Shown here: piece after piece, positions 19,933 through 29,796 of the stretch
Layout of the letters: each line of letters starts with the position of its first letter
Numbering within the stretch: position 1 is the first letter of the stretch
From: an uncultured Candidatus Saccharibacteria bacterium
GTDB lineage: Bacteria; Patescibacteriota; Minisyncoccia; Phycocordibacterales; JAKAEA01
Length of the DNA: 64,000 bases
Direction of reading: 5' to 3'
Assembly: GCA_964520645.1 (NCBI GenBank)
Contig: CAZFND010000002.1
Coordinates: forward strand, 9,424 to 73,423
Notes under the pieces: model-generated
Seen by the model: only the letters and a program-made list of their open reading frames with translations
Databases searched by the model: none
What the model was told of the DNA's origin: nothing
Program-made: the position numbers and the translations under genes

Positions 19933-20391
19933 CTACTCTGCGTTTTTTCGGGGCACGGTAGCTATTCTTCCTGATGTACCCTGCACAGTGTTTCTGTTGG
20001 GTTTTATGCTTCGCTCGGTGATACCTGGTTGTTTATTATAAATAGCCTGAGTTTTATTTAATGCCTTTTCTCCCATCGGGATTTGTTCTTTTGCTATCTG
20101 TTCTCCATTAATAATAAGAATATTCAACAACACACCCAATGTAATTTCGGGTAGTATACTGAGAATAGGAATAAACCCAATAATAAACGACACCACTACG
20201 CTACCCATAAGTTTATTATTTTTTGTAAAAGGAAAACCTAATTCTCTAAACCAGAAAAAGAAAATAAGCCATGCGAGTACATCAACCACAATGTTTACTA
20301 TTGGAATGAGGCTTATAAGATCAAGCACAGCTGCAGTACAGATCATTGCTAATGCTGTTACGGTAGATATTTTTTTTACTGAGTTACTCAT
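19933..20391 (-). CDS. small polytopic membrane protein (T4SS-like operon)
   Basis: 3-4 predicted TM helices; 4 bp from VirB4 stop. Confidence 0.4.
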   Translation of the reverse strand: MSNSVKKISTVTALAMICTAAVLDLISLIPIVNIVVDVLAWLIFFFWFRELGFPFTKNNKLMGSVVVSFIIGFIPILSILPEITLGVLLNILIINGEQIAKEQIPMGEKALNKTQAIYNKQPGITERSIKPNRNTVQGTSGRIATVPRKNAE

Positions 20392-20393
20392 AG

Positions 20394-22190
20394 TTATGAC
20401 GTCATGTCTTCCTTTGCCTTCTTAATTGCAAGAATTTGAGATGGGTCAGAGGTAATAATTTGATCCTCAGTATATGAAGCAATGATCTTAATGGCGACGT
20501 GCTTTACACCTGCAAAGAAAATTCCCTCCCCCACTGCAGATTCAAGCAACAAATATTTTTCTTCGTCAGTAAGACTGAAGGTTTGTTGAAGTTTGTCTAT
20601 TGATGATGGAGATTGCTTAAGGAGAAGCTGGATAGATGAGTTTGTAATAATAGGAAGTCCGTATGGAGACTTAAGGAAATCATCCACGTCTTGAGTAATT
20701 GTCGCAAGACCGAGGTAATACTTTCGTCCTCGCTTAGCAAGACCAAGCAAGAATGATGCGGTATCTTCTGATTTCATCATCCACCATGCTTCATCAATTA
20801 CGAGCAATCGCTTCTTAATATTCTTTCGAATAGTGTTCCAGATATAGTGAGTCACTATATACATAGCAATAGGCTTAAGTTCATCTTCCATGTCTCGTAC
20901 TGAGAAGACTATGAACTTTTTGTTCATATCTACGTTTGTTGGCTGATTGATGAAGCCTGACCAAGTACCCTTTGTGTATTTAGAAAGTCGCTGAACGAGT
21001 GATCCCCCTCCTTCCATACCACTCAATACCATTTCAAAGTCAGAGAGAAGTGGTGGTTCGTTTTTTGAGAAATCACTTTCTGACGTAATGTCTTTGAGTG
21101 CATATGTTTCGGTGATAGCACGGTCGATAATAGCATCTTCTTCTGGAGTGAGGCCTCCCATCATAATGCGGAAAAGGCCTACAAGATTAATAATATTGGA
21201 TCGCAATACACTTGCTGGAGATTCATCTGGTCCTATAGGAGGAAGATCGAAGGGATTGATGTGGTGTTCTGAGTTAAGAGATATGTTGAAGTAGCGCCCC
21301 CCTGTTGCCTCAGCGAGGTATTCGTATTCTCGTTCTGGGTCAATAACAATAACTTCAGTATCAAACATGAGGGTTCGGAGAATTTCGAGCTTTGTTGTAT
21401 ATGATTTTCCAGAACCTGACTTGGCGAAGGTAATGGAATTGTAGTTTTCGAGAGAAAATCGATCAAAGAGGACCAAGCTTGAGTTGTGACGATTGATTCC
21501 ATAGAGTATTCCCCTATCTGACGTAAGGTCAAATGATACGAATGGGAATAAACTTGAAAGTGGAGATGAATTGAGCTTTGACGTCACAGCTAATTCATCA
21601 TTCAAGAGCGGAGTCATTGTTCTAAATCCTTGTTCTTGTTGGAAAAGTGCAGGCTTTACGTAAATAAGCTTAGATTCAAGCATTGATTTTATTTCCGACT
21701 CTACTTTATCCAATTCTGCTTCTGAATCTCCATAAATAGAAATATAAAGCCCAACATCGAAGAGCTTTTCTTGTGCTTGTTGAAGCTGATCTCGAAGATT
21801 TTCGAGGTCTTGGTAGGCGGTGTCGAGCATTGGGTCTCGGACGAGGCCCTTCTCTTCTCGAATAGATATCTGACTTTGTACTTCAGCTACTTTTTTCTGA
21901 AATTGTCTCAATACTGCTGCTGTTTCGATGGGATTGATATAAATAGAAACGTCGAAAATCTTATCAAGATTGATAATAGGAGAAAACCAACTTTCCATAA
22001 GAAAGCGTGGGTATGAAATAACGAAGAATGTTCGTACTATTTTTTCTCCCAAGTTAAGAGACTTTGGAGATACCTTAAGTGCAGATGGTGCAATAATATC
22101 CTTTAATTCAAGGGCAGCAGCTTCATACATCTGATTTGGAAGGAATTGAAGTGGTTCTTCTTTCTTTTTTAAAAAATCAAAAATACCCAT
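20394..22190 (-). CDS. VirB4/TraC/CagE-family conjugative ATPase (ATPase portion)
   Basis: Walker A FAKSGSGKSYTT, VIDPEREY, Walker B LLVIDEAWWM, TQDVDDF; AAA_10-type domain. Confidence 0.8.
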   Translation of the reverse strand: MGIFDFLKKKEEPLQFLPNQMYEAAALELKDIIAPSALKVSPKSLNLGEKIVRTFFVISYPRFLMESWFSPIINLDKIFDVSIYINPIETAAVLRQFQKKVAEVQSQISIREEKGLVRDPMLDTAYQDLENLRDQLQQAQEKLFDVGLYISIYGDSEAELDKVESEIKSMLESKLIYVKPALFQQEQGFRTMTPLLNDELAVTSKLNSSPLSSLFPFVSFDLTSDRGILYGINRHNSSLVLFDRFSLENYNSITFAKSGSGKSYTTKLEILRTLMFDTEVIVIDPEREYEYLAEATGGRYFNISLNSEHHINPFDLPPIGPDESPASVLRSNIINLVGLFRIMMGGLTPEEDAIIDRAITETYALKDITSESDFSKNEPPLLSDFEMVLSGMEGGGSLVQRLSKYTKGTWSGFINQPTNVDMNKKFIVFSVRDMEDELKPIAMYIVTHYIWNTIRKNIKKRLLVIDEAWWMMKSEDTASFLLGLAKRGRKYYLGLATITQDVDDFLKSPYGLPIITNSSIQLLLKQSPSSIDKLQQTFSLTDEEKYLLLESAVGEGIFFAGVKHVAIKIIASYTEDQIITSDPSQILAIKKAKEDMTS

Positions 22191-22191
22191 A

Positions 22192-22842
22192 TTAGCTTAA
22201 TTTAATTGGTTTTTCGGTCTCACCAGGATTGAAAAGCTTGTAAAATAGTTCGACTACTTCTTCGGTACCAAGCTGTGCGACACGGATACCGCAGCGTGTT
22301 AATCCTTGCTCTACTACAGAAATACGCTCTTCAAGCTGTGCTCTACTCTCTTCAAAGAGTTCATCATCCTTTTTTCGTGCCGCATCCCCTTCCTTCTTTT
22401 TAAATGGATTAAGTGAAAGTGAAGAAGCTCCTGTCTTAAGAAGTGCGGGAGAATATGGAATCACAATAAAGAAACTTTTTGTCATGATATTGGTAGTGTC
22501 TGTAAAGTTCTTGATGAATCCAATATATTCTTGTGTTTGGATTTTCATGAGGTCAGATGCTTGTTTCTTTTTTCGTTCTTCAAGAAGCGCAATATAAGGA
22601 GCAATATTGAGTCGGCGAGATTCGATGAATATTTGGATCGAGAAATCGAGTGAGTTTAATAAATCCTGAAATTGAGTCAAAATAGCTCCCTGCTCGTCTT
22701 CTGACTTAAGCGCAAAGTTGAGAGATGAAGCAAGAATAATAGCTCGCATTGAGCCGTCTTTAAGAATAGCCAAGCCATCTCTAATTTCTTTTATCGGTAC
22801 AAAATCTTGTGTTGATTTTCCAGCAAGAGGTGCCATATTCAA
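22192..22842 (-). CDS. VirB4 N-terminal domain encoded as separate ORF (split virB4)
   Basis: 216 aa with Gram-positive VirB4 N-terminal pattern (PIKEIRDGLAILKDGSMRAIIL…). Its stop TAA sits 1 nt before the ATG of the ATPase ORF; combined length 814 aa matches full VirB4. Confidence 0.5.
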   Translation of the reverse strand: MNMAPLAGKSTQDFVPIKEIRDGLAILKDGSMRAIILASSLNFALKSEDEQGAILTQFQDLLNSLDFSIQIFIESRRLNIAPYIALLEERKKKQASDLMKIQTQEYIGFIKNFTDTTNIMTKSFFIVIPYSPALLKTGASSLSLNPFKKKEGDAARKKDDELFEESRAQLEERISVVEQGLTRCGIRVAQLGTEEVVELFYKLFNPGETEKPIKLS

Positions 22843-22884
22843 TTATTGTATCACTACTTACTATGAATCCCCAGTGAATATCTT

Positions 22885-23319
22885 TTATTCTTCTTCAGGT
22901 TTTTGTGCTGGGGCAGTCCCCTTTGTGTCGAGACTCCATGTCATATCTTTCAATTTGCTATTAGAAATATTTGGGATAATAGAATTGGGACTGTTTGTGA
23001 AATTTACAGGGATACTTTTGGTAACCGTTTCTTCTTTTTTTCTCCAGATATAAAGCTTAGGACCAAAGTAATACGTAATTGCTGATTCGACGACAAAGAT
23101 GAAGGGTTTGTTATTTACTTTATAGAATGCTAACGCTACTGCAAATGCAGCAACAGGAATTATCAGCAAGATTGCTAAATAGAAAGAGATTGGAGATACT
23201 GAGAGATAAATAATCAATGACAACCCTGCCCCACCGATAAGGTAGATAAACTGACGAAATGTTAATGGGCCGAAGATTTTGTCTTCAACTTCAATAAATT
23301 GAGGAACTTGGTACTTCAT
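22885..23319 (-). CDS. PrgI/TcpE (VirB3-like) family membrane protein
   Basis: N-terminal …EDKIFGPLTFRQFIYLIGGAGLSLIIYL… followed by two TM helices, the PrgI-family architecture; immediately upstream of virB4. Confidence 0.5.
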   Translation of the reverse strand: MKYQVPQFIEVEDKIFGPLTFRQFIYLIGGAGLSLIIYLSVSPISFYLAILLIIPVAAFAVALAFYKVNNKPFIFVVESAITYYFGPKLYIWRKKEETVTKSIPVNFTNSPNSIIPNISNSKLKDMTWSLDTKGTAPAQKPEEE

Positions 23320-23348
23320 ATAACCTTATTTTCTCATGAGGCTTACTT

Positions 23349-24095
23349 TTATTCAATCACTTCTCGATACGGATCTTTATTAAGGAGTTCATTACGAGGA
23401 GAACCACTTGGCAATTCTGCATTGTGAGGAGCTTGTGGAAGGTTTTCAGGGATCTTCACGTCTTGTTTTGGCATACTTGTTGTTGCGCTCAGTCGAGTAT
23501 TCATAATAGAAGGCGCTGCTGGGGTCACAGGTCGAGTGTAAGCTGTGGTTACTTGCTTTAAGGGAGTAATATTCTTTACTGCTTGAGCAACATCCTGTGC
23601 GGTAAATTGTGGTTTTGGCGCAGTAGTCATTTGGCTAGGAGTTGAGATAGGCTTTTGTACTTGAGAAAGAAGAATAGATGGCGCACTCTTTTGTGTTTGT
23701 GGCGCGCTCGGTGTGCTATATGTCATCTGAATCTTTTGAGCGTTCATTGCTTGGATAGATGTGGGAGTGGGTTCAGTCTTCTTTGCCTCCCCTTCGAGAA
23801 GTGTATGTGCTGGCGCTAGAATGACATTACCTACATCAAGTACTACACTATTTGCATCTTCAGGGCTTACTTTATAGAGAGAGGTAAGATTTTGTGTAAA
23901 TTCTGTAATTGAGCTTACGCCAACAAGGAGAGCAAATATATTTTGTGAGAATGCATCAAATATAGAATCATCAATTCCATACTTCCCTGCTATAGCGTCT
24001 ACAGACTCTGCTACTTCATCTGACATGATGAAGTCTTGCAATGTGCCAGGAAGCTTTTGAAATGCATCATTTAGTTGTGTTTGAGTGTAATTCAT
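23349..24095 (-). CDS. hypothetical protein with globular N-domain and Pro/Thr/Gln-rich disordered C-terminus
   Basis: ORF in operon; low-complexity composition. Confidence 0.4.
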   Translation of the reverse strand: MNYTQTQLNDAFQKLPGTLQDFIMSDEVAESVDAIAGKYGIDDSIFDAFSQNIFALLVGVSSITEFTQNLTSLYKVSPEDANSVVLDVGNVILAPAHTLLEGEAKKTEPTPTSIQAMNAQKIQMTYSTPSAPQTQKSAPSILLSQVQKPISTPSQMTTAPKPQFTAQDVAQAVKNITPLKQVTTAYTRPVTPAAPSIMNTRLSATTSMPKQDVKIPENLPQAPHNAELPSGSPRNELLNKDPYREVIE

Positions 24096-24101
24096 AGTGT
24101 T

Positions 24102-26690
24102 TTAACCAACAAAATTATTTGACGGTGGTGTCTGAGGTGCTGGTTGTGGGTTATTTGCTGCTGTTTGTGTAGGTGCGGGTTGAGGAGCCGCCGCAGGTGC
24201 TGCATTTGCTGTTTGGTTAGTTTGTTGTGCTGTTGGGTTATTGAGATTGATCAATTTATCACGAGTCTCCTTACTTATTTTTTGATTTTTAGTAATAGCT
24301 AAGATATCTTGTTTATCAAAATATTTATTAATTTTAGGGTTCAAAAGAAGATCAGATGGTAAGTCCTTAAGAAGATTTTGCTCAATTTTTTGAACGTCCT
24401 CAGCTTTAATTTCCTCACCTTTTACAAGTTTGTCTCTAAGTTTATCTTCTGCTGCAGCAAGTTTTTCTTCCTGATTAAGTTTCTTTGATCGTGTCTTATC
24501 AAGGAAGTCTTGAGCAGCTTGCTTATGACCTTCTACTGTACTTCTAAATCGAACATTAAATCTTCCAGGAGTTGCTAACTGAGCAGCATACTTTTTCTGT
24601 TCCTCTTCTATCTCTCGTGCTTTTGCTCTCTCATATGATTTAAGCTTGGTTTCTGCTTCCTTAATTGCATCTGTACGTTTTTTGAGTTCTACAGGATCAG
24701 TTACTCCATTTGCTACAACTTCTGTATAATCAGATTTTGCTTTCTTTATAGCTTCTTTACTATTTGTAATATTCTGTAGAGTTTCATCTGAAGCCTTGCC
24801 TACACTTAGAATATCATTTTCTCCTTGCTTCTTACGTGTTTCTAATACAGCTTTATATCCCCCTACCCCAGTATTAGTATTCAAGCCAAATTTTTCTCCT
24901 GTCTTTGTGTTTCGAGCGTCAAAGCTTGCTTTAGCAAGTTTTTCGGCAGTGGCAAGTTTTGCTTCAGCTGTTTTTCGAGTTATTGCATTTGCTGAAAGCG
25001 CATCTTTTCTCCATTGTTCTTCATTACTCTTTAGAGTTGTAAGAGCTCGTTTACCTACTGTATTACGCAATGCTGCTGCTGTAGCGCCGGCTGTTGCACC
25101 TCCTGCTGCACGTTTAGAGTATGAAGTAATTCTGTCTGTTCCCCACTTTCCTACTGTACCCACTATTGCTGCACCTTGAGTTGCATAGCTTTTTGCAACA
25201 TTTGTTGCCACATGAATGAAGACGATAACAAGAATAAAGTTGATCACAATACCCGTGTTGCTACCCACAGAGTCTACATTGAGTGCGTCGGAGAACCCGC
25301 CACTTGCCCCCGTCATTTTCTTAAGATTATCTAAGAGTATAAAGAGTACCCAGAAGAGTGCCATAAAGAGAGGAGCAAAAATAAGCTGGCCCATGAGGGT
25401 ATCCCACCATTTTTTTGCTGTTGCCTGAGTTGCAGGGAGCGTCCACGCCACAAAGGCTATAGGAGATAGAACAAGAAGGACAATAAGGACGACAAATCGT
25501 AGGACAAACAACCAGGCAATAGTAAGAAACGTAAATGCTGTAATAAGCATGAAGACAGATCCTCCTATAGCAATAAGAAATATCTTGTCATAGCCTGTTT
25601 GTGCGGATGCTTTTGATGGATCAAGCCCCATTCCTCCGTAGATAGTTGCAAGGCCAACTGAGTTCATGATTTTTCCTCCAAATCCTTTACACTGAACGCC
25701 TGCAAATTTCTCACATGCATATTGGGTGTTTTGGTCTACTGCGAGCGCTCTATAAAAACCTAGGGTTACAATGTTTGAGGCATCGATTGCTGCTTTTGTA
25801 AAAAAGAGACTGAAGTTAATAAGAAGACCAATAATAATTATTTTTATAAGAGTGTTTTTTGTTGCCCCAGTCAATCTTCCTAGGATAATAAGCACGGTGA
25901 TATACAGCAGGGCAAAAATAAATATCATATTTGCTAGATCTCGAAAAACTGTCCAGGCTGTAGTGATTGAAGGTGCTCCTTTTATAAACTCAGCCATGTT
26001 AAGGACAGTATATGTAAGGATTTGGTTTAGAATAAGAGCACAGAGGCCAAGTATGTATCCACAGAGTGTCAGGATAATATAAGCAACTCCTGCAACAACC
26101 TGCTTTACACATATCCACCAATTGATAAATGGAATTCCATAACTAGTACCAAAACATACGTTTTCTTGAGATGATTTTGCATTGCTGACATCTTGTTGTG
26201 TTGCTGCGTTTCCATTATTTACCTGATTGTTGTGTGCTTGAGCAGCAACTAAATCTGTGTTTGCACCAGCATAATCTCCTTGCTGAGCCTTATTTATTGC
26301 ACTATCACTAAGAGTTTGCACCTGAGTTGCTTGTCCTTGTGCTAGGGTTACTTGCCTATTTGCCGAATCAAGGGCTCGTTGAGCATTATCACAATTAGTG
26401 TTTGTTGTACACGCAGTTCCACTGAGGTTTGGGTATGCATCACGAGCTTGTTGTGCATTATTTGCAACTATTTTTGCATTTTGTAGATTTGTATTTGCAG
26501 TTGCAACTTGTTGGGCAGCAGCAGCTTTTATTTGATCAACTTTTACTGTATCAACTTGAGGTGTGGGTGTTGAGGGTTGTGTTGTTTGAGCTTCTGCTTG
26601 ATTTAATAAAAGTGTAGAGAAGTTGAAAGGCGCAGCAAAAGTGCTGATGAGAAGAAGTGCTGTAAATAATGATGTAAGTATTTTTTTCAT
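24102..26690 (-). CDS. VirB6/TrbL-like polytopic membrane protein with Q/A/N-rich N-tail and charged coiled-coil plus P/Q/A-rich C-tail
   Basis: 862 aa; signal peptide, ~7-8 TM helices in residues ~180-520, long K/E-rich helical region, terminal PQ-rich repeat. Confidence 0.5.
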   Translation of the reverse strand: MKKILTSLFTALLLISTFAAPFNFSTLLLNQAEAQTTQPSTPTPQVDTVKVDQIKAAAAQQVATANTNLQNAKIVANNAQQARDAYPNLSGTACTTNTNCDNAQRALDSANRQVTLAQGQATQVQTLSDSAINKAQQGDYAGANTDLVAAQAHNNQVNNGNAATQQDVSNAKSSQENVCFGTSYGIPFINWWICVKQVVAGVAYIILTLCGYILGLCALILNQILTYTVLNMAEFIKGAPSITTAWTVFRDLANMIFIFALLYITVLIILGRLTGATKNTLIKIIIIGLLINFSLFFTKAAIDASNIVTLGFYRALAVDQNTQYACEKFAGVQCKGFGGKIMNSVGLATIYGGMGLDPSKASAQTGYDKIFLIAIGGSVFMLITAFTFLTIAWLFVLRFVVLIVLLVLSPIAFVAWTLPATQATAKKWWDTLMGQLIFAPLFMALFWVLFILLDNLKKMTGASGGFSDALNVDSVGSNTGIVINFILVIVFIHVATNVAKSYATQGAAIVGTVGKWGTDRITSYSKRAAGGATAGATAAALRNTVGKRALTTLKSNEEQWRKDALSANAITRKTAEAKLATAEKLAKASFDARNTKTGEKFGLNTNTGVGGYKAVLETRKKQGENDILSVGKASDETLQNITNSKEAIKKAKSDYTEVVANGVTDPVELKKRTDAIKEAETKLKSYERAKAREIEEEQKKYAAQLATPGRFNVRFRSTVEGHKQAAQDFLDKTRSKKLNQEEKLAAAEDKLRDKLVKGEEIKAEDVQKIEQNLLKDLPSDLLLNPKINKYFDKQDILAITKNQKISKETRDKLINLNNPTAQQTNQTANAAPAAAPQPAPTQTAANNPQPAPQTPPSNNFVG

Positions 26691-26693
26691 CGT

Positions 26694-28709
26694 TTATTTT
26701 ACAATTACCGTTCGAATCGCCGTAGTTGCTGGTAATCCCCCACTGTCCTTCACGTCATAATTGATGACATACGTACCCGGAACTGTTGTATTTACTGTAC
26801 CTGTTACTACTACTTGCGCAGTGAGTGTTGCTTCGTCATCAGTCTCATCCTTTGCCACATATCCTGGTTCTGTGAATGTTGAGTTCAGTGGAATTGTCAT
26901 CTGGGTTTGTCCTTTCAAACCTATAATTGGAGGGTTGTTAGCAAAGACTTCCATTTCGGGAATAGTAAGATATTCAACTTTATTATATGTAGATTGAATT
27001 CGAACATAGCGTCCTTTTATATTTGGGGGAAGATTAAGGGTATATGGATTTTGATAGTTTTGTATGAGAACATCACTTGTCCAAATAGGCAGTGCACTTC
27101 CTCCTGAACGATTTCCCTGACTGTCACTTGGTGCAGTGTCGAACACTTGAACAACAAATGTAAGTTTCGTACCAAGCCCATATGACCATGGGTCATGTCG
27201 CTGATAAACAACAATTTTACTGAGGTCAAATAGTTTGTTCAAATCTACTTCAATCCATTGAGCTGGATTACTAGGAGGTCCGAAATATTCATTCATTGGT
27301 CCTGTATATCCTACATATGCTTGCCAATCTGCTTGATCACCATTTACAAGTTTTGAAGGATAATAACCATTACTACCGCTATCTTTACGGATACTTGATG
27401 CATATACTGATTTATTTAGTGCAACATTCACCTGAGGTTGGACATATGTTGATCCACTAGGAGTACTAATTGCTATATCTTCTGGTTTATATGATTGAAC
27501 TTGGTTAACATTATCCTGATAAGTATTGTATGAAGAAGAACAAGCAGCTTGAGCATCATTGGTAATCTGACCTATATTAGTATTAGATGATGAAGTTTGT
27601 TTACATGCTGATTGAAGGACTTGTTGTACAGTAGGTGGTGTGTGTGTACCTCCCCCTCCTCCTGAAGAGCGATTTGCACCAAGCAATCCCCCAGCACCAC
27701 TAATAACTGTCTGGAAGAGTTGGTTGGCAAGAGCATTAAAGATTTTATCAAGATCATCTGCAAGGCCAAGCTGCTCAGCGGGTACATCGAGCTGATTTTG
27801 GAGTGTGCCACCAATCACCTTTCCTGGTGTTTGTATCTGGCAATCATCTCCAGGAGAGCGTCCTCCAAAGCTTGCATTGTTACCTGCTACTCCAAATGAT
27901 CCTGATCCTCCATATTGGTTATAGCTTGTTCCATCTGCTGATGTACATTCTGACCATGAAAGGAATCCCCCACCCCAACTAAGTTTTGCAGCTTCAATTC
28001 CTTGTCGGCCACCAATTCGAGCACCCATTTTTGACGATGCTTTAAGGTAACTTCCGTATGGATTGTTATTATCACTCACACTAATTTTAAACCAGTCATC
28101 CCAGGTTTGTTGTTCGAAGTTGGTGATGGCACCATCAATGTTGTTGAGAACTTGTGTGAGTGTACAACGTGGAGTCCCAGGACCTTCTGAACCGTATGAA
28201 TAATCGAGCGCAAGTTGAAGTTGAATTTGTAGTTTAAATGGACTACAGAGAAATGCGAGATCAGAGCCCAAGATGAATTCTCCAGCAATTTGGTCTGCTA
28301 TATCGAGGGCAAATTGGCCGGGATTGCTAATAAATGCGGGTTTACCTTCAAATCCAGAGTTGATCCAAGTAACGATTTGCTGAGTCATTTGTTGAAGGAT
28401 AAATTTTCCAATTGCGAGAGCTAGACCGTGCTCGATACAGTCCTTCATGAGTGTTGATTGACTTGCTCCTGCTTGGGCTCCAGAGGTAAAGATCTGTCCA
28501 GCAGCAGATACTGGTACTGAGAGTGCTGCTGCGGCAGCAGATGCAGTAGTGTTCAATCCTACCGCTGCAAAAAATTGTGGAAGACAACTTGAGAAGCCGG
28601 CTTCTGCCTTTTTGGGTGGCATAGTAAGAAGACTAAAAGGCACTACAAGTATAATTGCGAGGAAGAGGCTTATTATTTTTTTATACATTGATACGTGCAT
28701 ACTCTCCAT
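26694..28709 (-). CDS. large secreted protein with discoidin (F5/8 type C)-like and C-terminal DUF5011-type Ig-like domains
   Basis: Signal peptide; region …QWIEVDLNKLFDLSKIVVYQRH…GRYVRIQ resembles F5/8-type-C; C-terminus …TVPGTYVINYDVKDSGG…RTVIV resembles DUF5011. Confidence 0.45.
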   Translation of the reverse strand: MESMHVSMYKKIISLFLAIILVVPFSLLTMPPKKAEAGFSSCLPQFFAAVGLNTTASAAAAALSVPVSAAGQIFTSGAQAGASQSTLMKDCIEHGLALAIGKFILQQMTQQIVTWINSGFEGKPAFISNPGQFALDIADQIAGEFILGSDLAFLCSPFKLQIQLQLALDYSYGSEGPGTPRCTLTQVLNNIDGAITNFEQQTWDDWFKISVSDNNNPYGSYLKASSKMGARIGGRQGIEAAKLSWGGGFLSWSECTSADGTSYNQYGGSGSFGVAGNNASFGGRSPGDDCQIQTPGKVIGGTLQNQLDVPAEQLGLADDLDKIFNALANQLFQTVISGAGGLLGANRSSGGGGGTHTPPTVQQVLQSACKQTSSSNTNIGQITNDAQAACSSSYNTYQDNVNQVQSYKPEDIAISTPSGSTYVQPQVNVALNKSVYASSIRKDSGSNGYYPSKLVNGDQADWQAYVGYTGPMNEYFGPPSNPAQWIEVDLNKLFDLSKIVVYQRHDPWSYGLGTKLTFVVQVFDTAPSDSQGNRSGGSALPIWTSDVLIQNYQNPYTLNLPPNIKGRYVRIQSTYNKVEYLTIPEMEVFANNPPIIGLKGQTQMTIPLNSTFTEPGYVAKDETDDEATLTAQVVVTGTVNTTVPGTYVINYDVKDSGGLPATTAIRTVIVK

Positions 28710-28712
28710 GTA

Positions 28713-29714
28713 TTATCCAACTAAATGGGCAAACGAATACCCTGGCTCCCCTTGCCCAAAGACTATCCCCTGTAATTTAAAGTATAAATTTACTGCCTGG
28801 AAAATAACTCCAGTATCCGTTGCTACATCTTGATATCGCTTTACTGCAGCAAGTGTAATAACAGGATCCTTGAGGAGCTTAGCAAGACCTTGATCTACCT
28901 CTATTACCTGGCTGAAATTATTGAGGATATTTATGTGAAGTGATACCGCACTACTTGGAACAGGTACGGAGAGAAATCCCTTAAGCATATTTTGGTATGA
29001 TGTGATGATTGCATTTAGTTGGGCAATATCCTTTGGATCTTGGCTATCAACTGCGCGTTCAATAATAATCAATTCATTTTCAGGATTTTTGGGAGCGTTA
29101 GTCAAAATGACTTGGCCCATTGCATTGCCATATGCGCGAAGTGCATCAGCAGAATTTGAAGAATCGATTCTAAAATCTTTTTGGGTGTATGTTTTTGCAG
29201 ATGAAACACCAAATGTAGTTCGTCCGATGATATTTGCTGCTATTTCTTCTTGAATTTCAGGTGTAATGTTTCCACCAGTCTTGCGAAGACTCATATAGTC
29301 ACTAAATACTTCTCGAGCGAGTGCTTGAGTTGCTGTTTCATCTTTTGATGAAGTAGTTGTTGTGGCTGCAGTTGCAACAGTTGATCCCCCATTATTCTTA
29401 TCTTTAGGACCTTTTACAAGAGGGTTTCGCTCAGCTTTTATTTCTGCACCATCTGATGTGCCGTCTCCATCTGTGTCAGCCTTACGAGGATCTGTACCAA
29501 TGAGCACCTCTTCCCAGTCAGGAAGACCATCATTGTCTGAATCTTTTGTATTTACCTCAGTTTGAATATTATTTTCAGGAATTACTGAAAGAATTTGTTG
29601 TCGTGAACTTATTGTTGTAGATTTTGGAGAATAAAGAGCCGCAAAAACAATACCGCCTACTGCAGCCACACATGCAATAATGATTGGTATAATTTTTTTT
29701 GAAGGTAAGGCCAA
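28713..29714 (-). CDS. membrane-anchored protein with thrombospondin type-3 (Ca-binding) repeats; first gene of T4SS-like operon
   Basis: N-terminal TM; DSDNDGLPDWEEV…DTDGDGTSDGAE repeats. Confidence 0.45.
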   Translation of the reverse strand: MALPSKKIIPIIIACVAAVGGIVFAALYSPKSTTISSRQQILSVIPENNIQTEVNTKDSDNDGLPDWEEVLIGTDPRKADTDGDGTSDGAEIKAERNPLVKGPKDKNNGGSTVATAATTTTSSKDETATQALAREVFSDYMSLRKTGGNITPEIQEEIAANIIGRTTFGVSSAKTYTQKDFRIDSSNSADALRAYGNAMGQVILTNAPKNPENELIIIERAVDSQDPKDIAQLNAIITSYQNMLKGFLSVPVPSSAVSLHINILNNFSQVIEVDQGLAKLLKDPVITLAAVKRYQDVATDTGVIFQAVNLYFKLQGIVFGQGEPGYSFAHLVG

Positions 29715-29796
29715 GGTATTGCAATACTATTTCCATATATTATAGCAGCTCATGGGGAAATGTTGTTAATTTCCTGGGGATAAATCGTGATATACT

